The position numbers and the translations under genes are program-made. The notes beneath the pieces are model-generated. The model saw only the letters and a program-made list of their open reading frames with translations, did not search any database and was not told the DNA's origin. From Chara braunii (taxonomy: Eukaryota > Plantae > Charophyceae): a stretch of DNA of 62,806 nucleotides. The stretch is from positions 4,818,365 through 4,881,170 of the forward strand of contig BFEA01000019.1 in NCBI GenBank assembly GCA_003427395.1, written 5' to 3'. Of the stretch, positions 37,001 through 50,900 are shown piece after piece. Within the stretch, counting starts at the first letter, position 1, and every line of letters begins with the position of its first letter.

Positions 37001-39416
37001 ACTCAAACAAACATTAAGTTTTGCCACAAACATTGCTTGATGATGGTAAAAAAAATTGGACACAGTCGAGATTGCGATGATGAACACTAGGGGCAATCTG
37101 GCAAGCACGATTCAATACCACGAACAACAATATGATCATGACCACTAGTCTTGCTGTTACCATCGGGATCTCATCAATTGGACAAGATCGGGATCACGAG
37201 AACATGCATAAGCACCACACATGCATCAATGCACACAACTACTATCATGCTTCCATATTTAATAAATGTGCAAATCGAGAATGAATGTCCCCCTACAACG
37301 TGGGGAGATACAGTGCCAATTTTTACTTCACCGTGCAGTTCCGCATCACAGCTCCTTTGCCCCTCTCACATCACCACTACTCCGAGATAAATACCAGCCA
37401 TCTCTCATGAATGCACTTTTACCATAATGGCGTCCCGATTCGGACGCACATCAATTGTGCCTGCGAGGGCGATGGTCGCGGTCCTGACCTTGAGTAACAC
37501 GAGGGACGTCGACAACGACCACCACTGCCAACGTGCTTGTCATTGACAAAGACGATAACGATCGGATGGACCTCGTGTGGTGATCATAACAAGCATCAAT
37601 ATGACTCCATGACGAGCACGGGCGGGGCGACTCTGATGGCGACCAGCGCAATTAAAACCACAAACATCCCCATCATAATGACGAAGGAAAAGATCCCCTC
37701 AACGATAAACGAGGACCGCCACTTGAGCCATTTGTTGCTGCGATTTCAAAAGGTACAAAATGAGAATCAATCATCTGGTAGAACATGAAAAGATTCATCT
37801 CACATCTTTCCTCGCCCATGTTATCCCTCAGGTTGGCCCCACAACTCGACACTCGGTTGCCCCCTCATCGCCAGTTCGTAGGTTAGTATGATTCTCCCTC
37901 GTGCTCTGCACTCCCTCATATGCTTGCTACTTGCGCATTCTCAGTTCCGCTCGTTCGTTGCCGTGTCCGATTGTTGCACCGTTGCCAGACAAGTATACGC
38001 CTCTCTTCTTCAACCTTTGTTCCTCTCTTCGGGTAAAAGTCTTCAACGAATGATTGTACCCTGGCGGTTGACGTGGCCAGCTACAAACAGATCAAAGAAA
38101 CCAAACAGGGAGGAAGAAAGTTGTGGAAATGAGCATCCAGAAGAACATGCACTACGACTTCCGATACTATCTTATGAGTACAATGCGCTAGCTGACGAGC
38201 ATGAAGAGCACCCTGGCACTGATGCTCACCACGATGATGAGCATGAGAATAGGCTTGAAACGCGCTGCTACGGCGCCCGCTTCACTACTCATCAATGTGC
38301 AAAATGGGAACCAATCTTTCACTACACCATGGAAAGATACATTGCCATATGCTCCCTCGACATCCATGATCGCCCTCGACCAAGTAGGCTCGCACATTCC
38401 TCCTCTGATGTCCCCCTCCTGTTTTGCATGCTTCCTTCTTCTTTACGTCTTCTCCTCACCTGCAATCTTAGTGTCACCCTCTTTCTCTGTTGTGATCCCC
38501 TTCGTCCTCTCCACCGCTGTTGACGTCAACCTGGTCACGCTGTGCTATTCCACAGAGCTCTCGTCAGACGACAGTTCTCAATCGTACGAAAAGAAATGGA
38601 ACTTCTATTTTTGGTTTATGTGTGTCGTCCTCGTACTGGGGTCATACTAATCTTCTCTGTATCGTCCAATTTTTACAGATGTCCCGAAGGACTATGCTGC
38701 CGGCCTCGACCTTTGCTCTTGGTTTGGCGGCCCCAAGTAATTCAGAAATTTTGCTTATCTGATGTCATTTGAATTTGAGCTTAGGTATGTATTTCAACGG
38801 TTCAAAGGTGTACCAATTGATCCAGACCAACAGTCTCGGAGCTAGTATCGAACCCAGCATGGCTCGCTCTCAACTCTCATAGCAGATCGTGGTTGGCGGA
38901 AGGGGCACCCATCACTCAAGTTTGTTCCGCCTCGTGGGCTAGGCACCCACCGACTTTCATGCGCGTTGAAGTCGACTCCTTGGTCCGTATTTCAACATGG
39001 GCTAGATAGGGAAATTTTGTCGGCATCCCGAACACGCAAAAACCCTTAAGGGCCCGCCAAAAGGGAGACGTACTAAAGATCCTAGACTGATGTGGTGGTC
39101 ACCCGTAGAGGTTTCAATCGCTCCCTACTGCAATGCTGGTCACCGCATCCCATGTCGGGAGACACCCCATGCCTGACAAGAAGAGCAAAGAAATTGAGAT
39201 ACCAATATTGAACTGGGCCAACTCGCCTGCCGCAAGCAACTCAGAATTATGGTATTTTATTCATCAGCTTCCAGCGGCGTTTGAACCCAGGTCTGTATTT
39301 CAACAGTTCATGGGTGTACCAACTGTGTTAGGGTCGTCGGTCCCATGGCCGGCCCTGACACCAACACCGGTACCGTTCCTAAAAGCGGGACTTTGAACAA
39401 AAAGAAACTATAAATA

Positions 39417-39470
<54 letters not shown>
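39417..39470. repeat. (AAT)n microsatellite
   Basis: Seen directly in the sequence. Confidence 0.95.
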
Positions 39471-39472
<2 letters not shown>

Positions 39473-39955
39473 AAAAAATCTTAGGACGTCGTTGAGGAGA
39501 AGGGGGACCACGACACCCCTCTTAGCCTCATCGATTAGGTCCGCGGTTAGGATCGACAAGCAAGACCAAGAGGGATAGCCTCGCCAAACCTTCAACCCGT
39601 CGGCCCTCGACACGCCGCTCCCCCACTTCCTTATCACCGGCCGCTGTCCATTATCCCCGGGTCTACCTGTTGAAAGTTCAACACCGTAACCAATATTGCT
39701 AGGCCCAAGACTGACACTAGTAACAATAAAAATCCATATGAATGGGTACCGTGTCATGCGTGAGTTTACCGAAATCTCTCCTGGTTAAACCTTGGCCCAT
39801 CGGATGACTCCACGACTGCCCAACCCTGACACTTGTCACAAGAAGGAGCCTGGTGCCGCTCATAGCCGTTGTACACCCCTCCCATCACGCTAAAACCGCG
39901 TCCTTGCCATTTCAGTAGTGAAAGTTTAAACTCTTATCTAGTTCAACTTCATTCA

Positions 39956-40370
39956 TGCATGCCCTTATGGAGACGACGAAAGAACTCTCACTGGTCATCG
40001 AATACAACGAAATGCGTTTTTTTACCTCATGCTACGTGAGCCCATGAGTCCTTCAAGTAAAACAAAGATAAACATTTCAAAAAAAATTGCGATACAGGCA
40101 GTCAACCCCGACGTTGGTCATAGGAATGTCGCCTTTGCACGTGCACAATGCATCGATTTTAAACGTACCGACCAAAGGAAAAAAATCACTTAAACCTAGT
40201 TTAATCAAAAATAAAAGTTGGTCGGTAACTGTATCGCAATTTTTTTTGAAATGTTTATCTTTGTTTTACTTGAAGGACTCATGGGCTCACGTAGCATGAG
40301 GTAAAAAAATGCATTTCGTTGTATTCGATGACCAGTGAGAGTTCTTTCGTCGTCTCCATAAGGGCATGCA
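39956..40370. repeat. Long inverted repeat: 142-bp arms, 131-bp spacer
   Basis: 39956-40097 is the reverse complement of 40229-40370 with one mismatch by eye. Confidence 0.93.
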
Positions 40371-43300
40371 AGAAAAAAAGATCACACACACCTACAAAGT
40401 TGCGCGCCCTCATATTCCATATTCTTCCTTTGAACACACAACTGGTAAAAAAGAAAGAAAATTGGTTGCGGCTCGCATGACGCACCCAACTTTCACTCCC
40501 AATTTTTGAATTAAACTTTTTGTTTGCTATCATTTGCAAAAAATTGGGCGGATACCTTTGTAAGGGTATTAACACCGACATCGCCCTAGCCAGGCACACC
40601 CTTAATATTTGCTGAGGCGCGGGATGAAGAAATGTGGAAAAGAAAGGAATATTAAAAATTCATGATGAACTGTCCACCTATTTTAGTCACACTAGGTCCA
40701 CAGTCAACAATTTTAAACGTCTTGACTACATTGTTAAGGAAACCCTAAGGAAAAATTTAAAATTGTGCATCACGTGCGTGAGCCACTCCCGAGGCGAGTG
40801 GCCTGCGAGCGTGTCACCAGAGAACGTTGCGAGCAAGCCACGTACTCGCAATTTAGGAAAGATGTTGGGTTGGATAGTTGGCTGGTTGAAAGAGTGTCGT
40901 GTTCTTCTGGATTGTCAGTCGAACGTTTGGTCCATCACGAGAAGAACTAACCCCTCAACCGGCCCAAAAACCCGAAAAATAGGGTGCGTTTGGTGATTGG
41001 TTCCCATTGCCATCGATACAATGCAGATGGTGATGGGAATCTTATGATGACGAGGAAGCTCCCCCGTCATGTATCTCCCGTAAACCACCAGTACCTCCCC
41101 CACTATTAGGAAATTACGTGATGCTGGCCAGTACCCGAACTTTTCAGGGGTTGGACACAGGGTCGGCAGTGTTCCATAAATCGTACTTTTCTTTTGCCCG
41201 TGCACGAAAGGAAAAAAAAAAAAGAAGTCGTTGTACTGCAATGATGTCGCGCAGGGTAATCTAGGAGACCGTCTTCACTGTCTTGAATGCATCTCACCAC
41301 AAAGACGGTCACATTCTGAAACTTGTTGTTTTCTCTTTTTTATTTTTCTTTTGTTTGTTATATGTCCTCTGCCAACGAGGCAGGGCAGAATCTGTGATCT
41401 GCTCTAGCTGTGTTTCCTCAGATGATTGTAACACTGATGCATCCAGCCGTTTTCAAGGCCAAATCCGTGTTTTCGTTTTTTTTGTTTTTTTTTTTTCTTT
41501 TTCTGGAATCGGACAATATGAATCCGTGATCTGCTCGAGCTGTGTTTCCTCAGAGGATTGTAACCCTGATCGCACTGACACTTACGAGAATGTATCTTGC
41601 CATTTTCACGGCCGAATCCGTGTTTCTGTCTTTTTTTTTTTCTTTTGAGTTTCTGGAATCTGACAACCTGGCCACGGGGCTGAGATGCCCTAACTGAGGG
41701 CACACTCACACTAACACTTCCGAGAATGTATACAGCTGCAATCACGCCCAGAGCTTTATTTGGTTTCCTTTGTTTTATGAGTTTTCATGGCCGCAACTTT
41801 TTTTTGTTTGTTCTTCCTGTGAGAGTACCATAAAAAAATGGAGTGGAACCCAGGCTCGGCAAAACTCGGAGCGCAATGAAAATCAAGGTCCACAAAACCA
41901 GGCTCGGAGGTACTGGTGGTTTAAGGATCGCATTTAGCCTTAAGGGTTATGTCTCGTCCAAGACAAACAAGCGTCGTAAGGCGATTTGGTAAAAAAATTC
42001 ATTACGAATATTTGTTTGATCTTAAAGTCCAAAGGTTCTTTGTAGTATTATGAAATGAGTCTGCAAGTTGACCAACCGACCATACATGACACTTCACAAC
42101 GGGTAGTCCTTAAGGGTTCAGAATTCGCTTGTCGCCTCACGATTCGGACATACCACGAGTGCGACTGTGGGGCGTTGAAAGCCGAAGGGCGAATTTCATA
42201 TTGAAAAGGGGCTAGGTAAACGAGAAATGAGTCATTTATGTATATTTCAAAAGTAAAGTCATGTGGCTGATTTTTCCCCATCCTAGTCTACCAACGAGTC
42301 GTGCTCGAGAGATGAGTGGTTCGAGCAACGATTCATATACAAGTTCATTTCGGTCGTTAACCACATGTACCCCCTATGTTACAACACACGAAAACGCCCT
42401 CGGTCGGTCCGCGTCTGCGACTGGAAGTAAAAACTCTCGTACTTGGATTGATATCTCTACTTGGACAAACTCATCTTCAAGTTGGGATGATGACAACTCT
42501 CATCAGTGGAGGTAAGTTGTAGCTCACGGTATCGTATCCTGTCATAGGAGTCTGTGAGGTAAAGTTGGTGCACTCGACTACTAGAGTGGCAATGCTCCAT
42601 GCCATCTTGCATCTTCCACTCATGTGGGACACGACCGGGATGGTCCCTTATCAAGACTGATGCGCTAAACAATATGTTCCCACAATTTTTTTATTTTTAT
42701 TAAAATAAAACCATCATCAATATATTGCATAATGAGACGAGGTTGTGAACCTTACAACTGTACTGAGAATACTGGGGCCATTACCCAACTTAGGCTCGTG
42801 CTGGAAACCGGGTCTAGCGTCCCATTCAATAAGACATTTTCAAAAAAAACACTTGTAGTCAGGATAACCAACATTTGGGACGGACCGAACGTCCGAACCC
42901 GAACGCCCGAACGTATGGGACGCCTTGGGGGTACGTTTGGCCGTTCGAGCCGAGGACAAAAAAAAAAAAAAAAAAAATAAAAAAAACTCTAAAAAAAGAT
43001 ATGTTATGAAGAAAAATAAATAAAGCAAGATTTGCCTGAGCATTATATCCAAATTCCTTACCAAATTTGAAATAAAAATAAAATACGAAAAAAAAAAAAT
43101 AATAATAAAAATAATAAAAATAATAAAAATAAAAATGAATTAAATTTAGCGAGTGTGCGAGCACATTTTCAACACCGCCATCTTTGGAGATTTTTCTTTT
43201 TTTTTTGGCATAGTTAAATGCCCTGAAAATTTACAGATGTGTACTTCAGACAATGCAAAACCCACTAAAACAATTTCAAAAAATAATAAAATTGTTTAGA

Positions 43301-43578
43301 CCCTGAACTAAAGTGAAAACAAAAAGTAAAAAGTGAAACAAACGTGGGCGAGCACGTTTTGAGACCACCATATTTGGCGATTTTTAATTCTTATTTGGCT
43401 GAGCCAAATGACTTGAAAATGTATAGGTATGTAGCTCATGTCATAGAGAACTCACAAAACAAAAAAAACAAAAAAAACAGTTATTTTTAGGCCCCGAAAT
43501 AAGTTTTGGCGGGGGCTGGACGTCGTCAAGTTCAGACCCCGTACGCGACCCCGAACGCCCGTACGTACAAAGGTCTGC

Positions 43579-44045
43579 CTGGGGACCTCTGTACGTACGG
43601 GCTGGTGACCCTGCTTGTAGTACCAAAAGATCTCTTAGCTCAAATGAAAATTCTTATACACAAAGAGTATGAACTCATAAGAGCATTCCTCATCCAATAC
43701 TACCGAAGAAGAGGTCATAAGAGCATTCCTCATCCAATACTACCAAAGAAAGTTCAACACCCGAGGTTGTAGGTCTCCCCATCCGAAACTCCTAAAATTA
43801 TATGAAGTGGTTAAAGTATTCTAAAGCAGTTTTCTGCTTGGGGACCTCTGTACGTACGGGCTGGTGACCCTGCTTGTAGTACAAAAAGATCTTTTAGCTC
43901 AAATGAAAATTCTTATACACAAAGAGTATGAACTCATAAGAGCATTCCTCATCCAATACTACCGAAAAAAGTTCAACACCCGAGGTTGTAGGTCTCCCCA
44001 CCCGAAACTCCTAAAATTATATGAAGTGGTTAAAGTATCTGAAAA
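43579..44045. repeat. Tandem duplication with a period of about 260 bp
   Basis: ggggacctctgtacgtacgggctggtgaccctgcttgtagtac...gaagtggttaaagtat occurs at about 43580 and about 43839. The first copy also has an internal ~40-bp duplication. Confidence 0.85.
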
Positions 44046-47000
44046 CAGTTTCAGACCCCCTCATCAAAGCATTTGGATGAGGGGATCTGAAACCGTTTTT
44101 AAAACTTCAACCACTTCCGGTCGTTTCAAACGTTTCAGGTCTTCCTACTTGAAATTCATGAAATGGCCTAAAGTGTCTGAAAATGTAAAAGTCGTTTGCG
44201 ATACCCCGATCCAACCATGTGGATGATAAAACCTGAAACTGCTTTCGAAAGCTTCAACCACTTCAGGTCATTTCAAAGGTTTCAAGTCTCCCCACATGAA
44301 ACTTCTGACCTAAAGTGTCACACAACAATAATGAACCAAAATAAAAACAGGCAAAAAAAAAAACAATAACAAAAAATCATACACTCAAACCAAATGAAAC
44401 TCATGAAATGACATGAAGTGTCTTAAGGCTATTTCAATGGTTTCAGATCTCTCCTAACCAACTTCAAAATTTTTTATTATGAAATTTTAGGAGGTTGTTA
44501 ACCACTTGTGCATGATGGTTGAGCACTCAAGGGGCTTTCCCGAGCTTCAAACATTTTGCTTGCTAAAACCTCAGGCTCATTTCATCTAATGTCTTAAGAT
44601 GACTGTCGCTGATTTCTGTTTTACAATAAATTAAAGGAATCGTCGATGAGGCCGTGGAGGGATAAATTTCACCACCCAAGTGTTTAGTTAATGGATCCAC
44701 CTTGAAAGTATCTGTTGTACCTAACAGGTTAGCCACTTTTCCTTTATTACACTCTTGAACACACACTGTTCTTCGGTTCGCCGTCTCCAAGGCAGTATGC
44801 TCATTTAGGAAGTGAGGGTTCATGCTCTGAGTTGGTCCAACTGAAATGCATCACTCTTCAACTCTGACACCTGGCACCAAATCAGAATCTACTATATTCT
44901 AAGCCCTACCTAGTGATTCATTTACATAAACCTTTGTACCTATTGTGTGGTTTGTTTTTTGTTATAGGAGGGTAACCATGCGAGGAGGGATTGCCACCTT
45001 CAGATGAAGTTTGCACCGAAATTCTGACATTGTGCAGATTTTTTTATTTTTTCTTGTTTTTATTTTTGTGTGACATATATGTGCTTTATGGTACGTTAGT
45101 TGTCCAGTTTCGACATATTTGGATTAAAAAAAAAAAAAGGCATTTCGTTGAATTCGTTAGACGCTTCATTTTTAACCCGGACAATGTTTCTGTCTCAGGG
45201 TTTTATAGTTTTTTTTTTTCATCTCCTGCTTTGTTTTTTCATGTTTGTACTATGGGTCCATATCATTTGTTTTTTAAATTGTCGACGGATTTCGAATTGA
45301 AATTGCCGGCAAAAACGACGAATATTTGACCCACCGTTAACCATCTTTTGCCATGTGTATAGAGTGTCCCTCCGCACCGAAGAGTCGGATCTCCTATTGG
45401 CAAAAAAAAAAATTAGGCAGCATAACCAAACATCATTAGGATTAGATGAAAACATGTGTTGATCATTACTATGTATCCTCCTATGCACAACCACAATTTA
45501 TTAGGGTCGTCAAACATGGTCTTAAGTACCCATTTTGCCAGTAGTGTCAAGTTATGTTGTTGGAGGTTTAAAATACAAGTCCCCATTGAGCTCGTGGCAA
45601 TGTTACTGCTTCACAAGCAACTTTGGTTATGTAACACTCATCTTCCTTTGCATCCGGTTTCCAAAGATACCTTGAGGAACATCTCTCAATCTGCAAATCG
45701 GTTGTTTTTCTTAAAATGATAAAAGACAAGGAAAACCATAATAGCGAAAGATCCATCGCTGAGAAAACCAAGGCTCGTCCGAAAAATGACAACTTGTGAT
45801 TTCTCTGTCATTTCAAGATCCTTGTCAAAACTTTGCCCACCAAAAACCGGTCGTTCCACTTGGAACAGTCAGAAATGGATACTTGAATCCCTAAGAAGCG
45901 TTCCGAACTCTCTCTCGGCACTCATCTCAAATCCTTATCTACCTCAAAGGTCTGAGATTCGAAGCACAAGTGGTTAACGGGTAGCTGAAAATTAAGGAAT
46001 GAAAATTATGAAGTGATAGTTTTTGGTAGTTTGAAAATTCCGAATGGTCCTCAAGTGGTGAAAGGTCCGAAGACCCTGAAAACCACCTGTTTAGGTAGGC
46101 AACATTCTTAAGTGGTGAAGTCGGAGTTTTTGGCAGTCTGAAAATCCTGAATGGTCCTGAAGTGGTGAGAGATGGTTAACGAGTGCATATATTTTCAGGT
46201 CTCCTTTCCAGGCAGTTCAACCACTTTAGGTTACTACACCACTTTCAGATTATGCGTGGATCTATCTATACATGGGGTTGTCTGAAACTGCCTTCAGGCA
46301 GTTCAACCACTTCAGGTTGATACACCACTTTCAGATTGCCTACAGATCCATTGCAGATGATGGGATGGGGGTACCAGAAACCCCTTTTAGAAGCTTCAGC
46401 CACTTCATAGTTTCAAGTCCCCACCTGAAATTCATGAAATGATGTGAAGTGGCTGAAGCTTCTGAAAGGGGTTTCAGGTCCCCACCTGAAATTCCTGCAA
46501 TGATCTGAAGTGGTTGAAGCTTCTGAAAGGGGTTTCAGGTACCCCCATCCAAATGGTTGGATGAGGGTACCTGAAACCCCTTTCAGAAGCTTCAGCCACT
46601 TCAGCGGTTTTAGGTCCCCACCTGAAATTCCTCAAATGACCTGNAGGGTACCTGAAACCCCTTTCAGAAGCTTCAGCCACTTCAGCGGTTTTAGGTCCCC
46701 ACCTGAAATTCCTCAAATGACCTGAAGTGGCTGAATCTTTTGAAAGGGGTTTCAGGTACCCCCATCCAACCATTTGGATAAGGGTACCTGAAACCCCTTT
46801 CAGAAGCTTCAGCCACTTCAGCGGTTTCAGGTCTCTACCTGAAATTCCTGAAATTCCTGAAATGACCTGAAGTGGCTGAGAAAACAGACAAAAAAAAAAA
46901 AAAAACATAAAACTTGTCCTGCCCAAAACTTTTGAAACGAAATGAAATGTCTTCAGGCCATTTCAACAGTTTCAGACCACTGCAGAAACTTTCGTTCTGA

Positions 47001-47190
47001 AATTTCAGGTGGTCGTTAACCGCGAATGGAAGTGGCGAAAGGTTCGAAGACCCTGAAAACCACATGTTTAGGCGGACTACATCCTGAAGTGGTGAAGGGT
47101 GTCCTGAAGAGGTGAAAGGTCCAAAGACCCTGGAAACCACCTGTTTAGGCAAGCTGCATCTTGAAGTGGTGGAGGGTGTCTTGAAGCGGT
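44000..47190. repeat. Modular foldback-like repeat region built from ctgaagtgg(t/c)tgaagcttctgaaaggggtttcagg units in both orientations
   Basis: The units occur at 44020-44330 and 46020-47190. Head-to-head pairs form hairpins of about 100 bp at about 46505-46605 and 46720-46822. Confidence 0.75.
45520..45910 (-). pseudogene. L1-type LINE ORF2 fragment (end of RT and post-RT region)
   Basis: SERFLGIQV, then IERCSSRYLW...KVACEAVTLPRAQWGL, then LNLQQHNLTLLAKW. This follows the L1 ORF2 pattern YLG, RFLW, WxxVxxPKxxGGLG, NxALLxKW. Confidence 0.7.
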
Positions 47191-47999
47191 GATGAAAAAT
47201 ACAACTGTTGTTAACCTTCTCTCATTCGAGGAGAAAATAAATAGACTTGTTCCAGTTTATTGAAGTCTCAGAAATAACACAATAAATATATAAAAAACAC
47301 GTCTCAATTCAACCAACGCAACAGTAGAGTTTTCGCAAGTTAAAGTACAAAACAAAAAATTCCCAGAATTAAATAATCATTATACAGTAAAATTACATTC
47401 TAAATTTTAAATTTGCATTCCATCTTTAAAAATATCATTCCAATTTTAAAATTTTCCACCTTACTTGAAACCTTTCCTTCCAAGAATGGGGTATCCCTTC
47501 TTATTTGAACTGCATGCTAGAGATGGAATGAAAGTCTGGATGAGTTCATGAAATATTTTAATTGGATTGTTATTCTAAGTCCAGTCATAAATAGGTTAAT
47601 CCAATCTAAATTAGAAGATATTTGTTGTCGTAAAATGAAAGTCTAATTAAAATATTTCATAAACTCGTCAAGACTTTCATTCCATCTTAAACAAATAGAT
47701 ATAGTTGGAAGAGAAAAGTCATATTTAGACGGAAACTTATCAAATTGAATTAAAAATTTTAGAATTGGACGATCATTGAAATGATAATTCATAAATATAA
47801 AGGATTTTTTTTTTATGGAATGTTTTTTCAATTTTCATTTCTCGTGGGAATTTTTCTGTTGTAAGATCATATGCAATTGTCCCCTCTCTTCCAACGGAGA
47901 AAATGAAATAACTTTAGACCACTAATTGAGGGGTTAAATCTTATATATTATCTAATAAAATTTAAAATTGTAATACAAAGACCAAGGAGGATGATCAAC

Positions 48000-50900
48000 A
48001 CTCTTGCCTTATAGATCGAAAAATGTGAAGTTTTTTTAACAGGCGGCAATCGAGAAGCAGTGTCACCAAGAAGGGGGGGATATGAAGAACATGGAGATAA
48101 AAAAAATTGGGAAGAGGTGGAAACACAATACAACTCCTATTGCAAAACCTGATGCATCGGTGATGACTATGAAGGAATGATTGGAATTTGAGAGGCGAAA
48201 ATCAGATGCACAAGTCACCGCCGTCTTGAAGGCAAAAAAAACATCCTCACAGAGGCCGCAGCGAGGTGTCGAAAACCATGACGGATTCTTCCGGAGGAAA
48301 GTGGATGTAAGGACGTAAGAGTATCAGACGTATCATCGGATGAAGTTAGTGTGGTAACTATTAAGTCCGAGGAAATGAAGAAGCTGCTTAGGGGATGTGC
48401 GGACGACCTACTCTGCAACAACAATGATTTTCGCATCGTCCATGTGGACACCCTAGTCAAACATATGATGTCCTAAAACGTTCACTTTGCGCTAAGCAAA
48501 GCGACACTTACTGAGCTTGACATAAAAGTCATGCTTGCGTAAGCGCTAAAGGACATTGCAGAGGTTTTTGAGATGGTCTTCTAACGTACAAATGTAGACT
48601 AGAATATCGTCTAGGTATATAAGACTGTACTCTTCAAGAATATCCCGAAAAATATTGTTCGTCTCCGTCTAGAAGATAGCGGGTGCGGTGGTGAGACCAA
48701 ATGAGATCACCGTGAGCTCATAGGGCCGAAGCATGATTTGAAGACGGTCTTCGACTGGTCCTCTGTGGCAACGTGGATCTGGTGGTAATCGCTACAAAGG
48801 TTGATCTTCGTAAAAAAATGGTTGCCTGCCAGATAGTCAAACAACTCATCATCGTGAGGTATGAAATAGTTGTTCTTAGCCATGTAACGATTAAGACCGC
48901 GGTAGTTGATGCAGAGGCGGAAAGTTCCGTTCACTTTTCGAGCAAAAAGGACGGGTGCACCCCTAGGTTTAATGAAACCCTATCGAAAGAGTTCCTCAAG
49001 CTTACGCTTGAATTTTGTAGCCTCTGGAATCGAGAGTCCGTAGCGTGCATAATGGTGGACATGATAGTTAGGCACGAGTTGGATAGAATGCTTCACACCA
49101 CATATCGAGGGGATCCCGATGTATAAGAAATACGGGTGAACGACATTGCGGTACTCTCGAATTAGATCACGAACGACAGACTCTTAATTGATTGTGAATG
49201 CATGAGTTCCTCAACGTATGCGTGAACATGACACATATATGTGGACTTGCCAGTGAACGACGGAGGAACCTGGGATGTCGAAGGGATATCCGTAGGCTGA
49301 AGGGTGGATCTAGAGATGAGAGCCGCGAAGATTGAGGAAGGGTCAAGGGATTGAGCTTTAAGGAGATGAGCTCAATGTCTAGACAAAGGAGATCGCAACG
49401 AAGAAGATCCATGACGTTCACTTAGCAGAGGGTAACGTCTTCCTAATGCAGGAAGTGAACGAACTGGCAGGGGGATAGTGAAGGCAATATCTGAGTGGAA
49501 CCCACCCGGAAGGATGAGGGTGCTGGGGAGGTACTAAGTTGGGAGGGGTGTTGCCCGAGATACCAATGAAGGGGACACAATGGGTTTGACCACACTTCGT
49601 TTTGAAAACGAGTGTCTCGATTACCCATTTGGCCTCTATACCACAAAAATTGTCAAACCAGGGGGTGTCAGGGATAAAGTCGTACCCAGTCTACATGGAA
49701 GTACACAGAGGAGTGGTAGCGGCGATACACCTGAATATTATTCGACGACTGGAAGGTAAGGGAGAAATAAAGATCAAAGACTATCTGATCAAAGAACTGG
49801 TGCATCTTTTTATCTCTGATGGTAACGAAAATAAGAGAGCAAGACCTGGAGGTAGCTAAGTGAACTTCGTCAACCACACGACGGTGAACAAAACCGCTCG
49901 CGGAGCCGAAGTCCCATAAAGCGCGGTACACCCTCATCGATGTTCCAAAGCGGATGAGAATGATATGAAGGGTACAATTAGGGTGTAGAGTAGAGCGAAA
50001 ATATGACACAAAAATATTTACGTGTCTCATAAGACACTTATGATGAACCTAAATAATGTTCAAGTCCAGGAATGATTACACAACATCATCGCGAGTTGCC
50101 AACTGAGCACTACAACGAGTTGTGCAAATGGCGCGTCACATTGGAAATCCCGGAGGGGAAGGACCGGAGGGGAAGGATGGCGGGGTGGAAAGAATTGTAT
50201 GTCGTGTCTTGAGGATCCTCTGGTATGGTAGCCATAGGGGCGAACATCGACTCAGTGGTCGGCAAGCCGACTGCAGACGAGGCCTCAACAATACATTGCA
50301 TTGTGGCTAGCTTGATGGCGTGGGCCAGCGGGTGCTTGAGGGGAAACTTCGACCAATGCTGACGAGTAATGTCAGCTTAGTATTACTCGAGGGCGGCATG
50401 GTTTAGGCACCACATGAAAGTATAATCATCCTGGTGGCAAGGAATACAATCACGACGAGCCTCGATGGCGGCAAGCTCGTCAGAGGATAAGGCTCCACAC
50501 AGAGGGATAAAACCATACGGGAAGTCCACCTGTGGAATGACGAGTAAACGTGTACATGGTTGGCGGACCGGCTGTGAGCACGACCCATAGTGACATGACC
50601 ATCCGCAGGTGATCAGCCATCGGGACAGTCTCATCATCCAAATGATATTGGATAATGTCTGGAAGCTCAGGAGCCTCCACAAGGGTAGGGTTAGGCTCGA
50701 TCGATGTGTCGTCGTCGTATTCAAGTGTAGGATGGCGTTGAGAGAACGACAATGTGGGTCAAGTCGGGCAGCAGAAATGACCAACGAACGAGGATCGACC
50801 AAGTGTGGTACTGCAAGACTGTGTGGTGACGCCTCAGAAAAAGGACGGGCGCTGAAAAAATGACTGCGCATTCTTAAGTATTGAAGAGCAGCCTCGTAGG

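Noticed and set aside
37888-38650. Overlapping 211-aa and 149-aa ORFs
   Set aside because: No motif or compositional support; probably chance ORFs in degraded repeat DNA.
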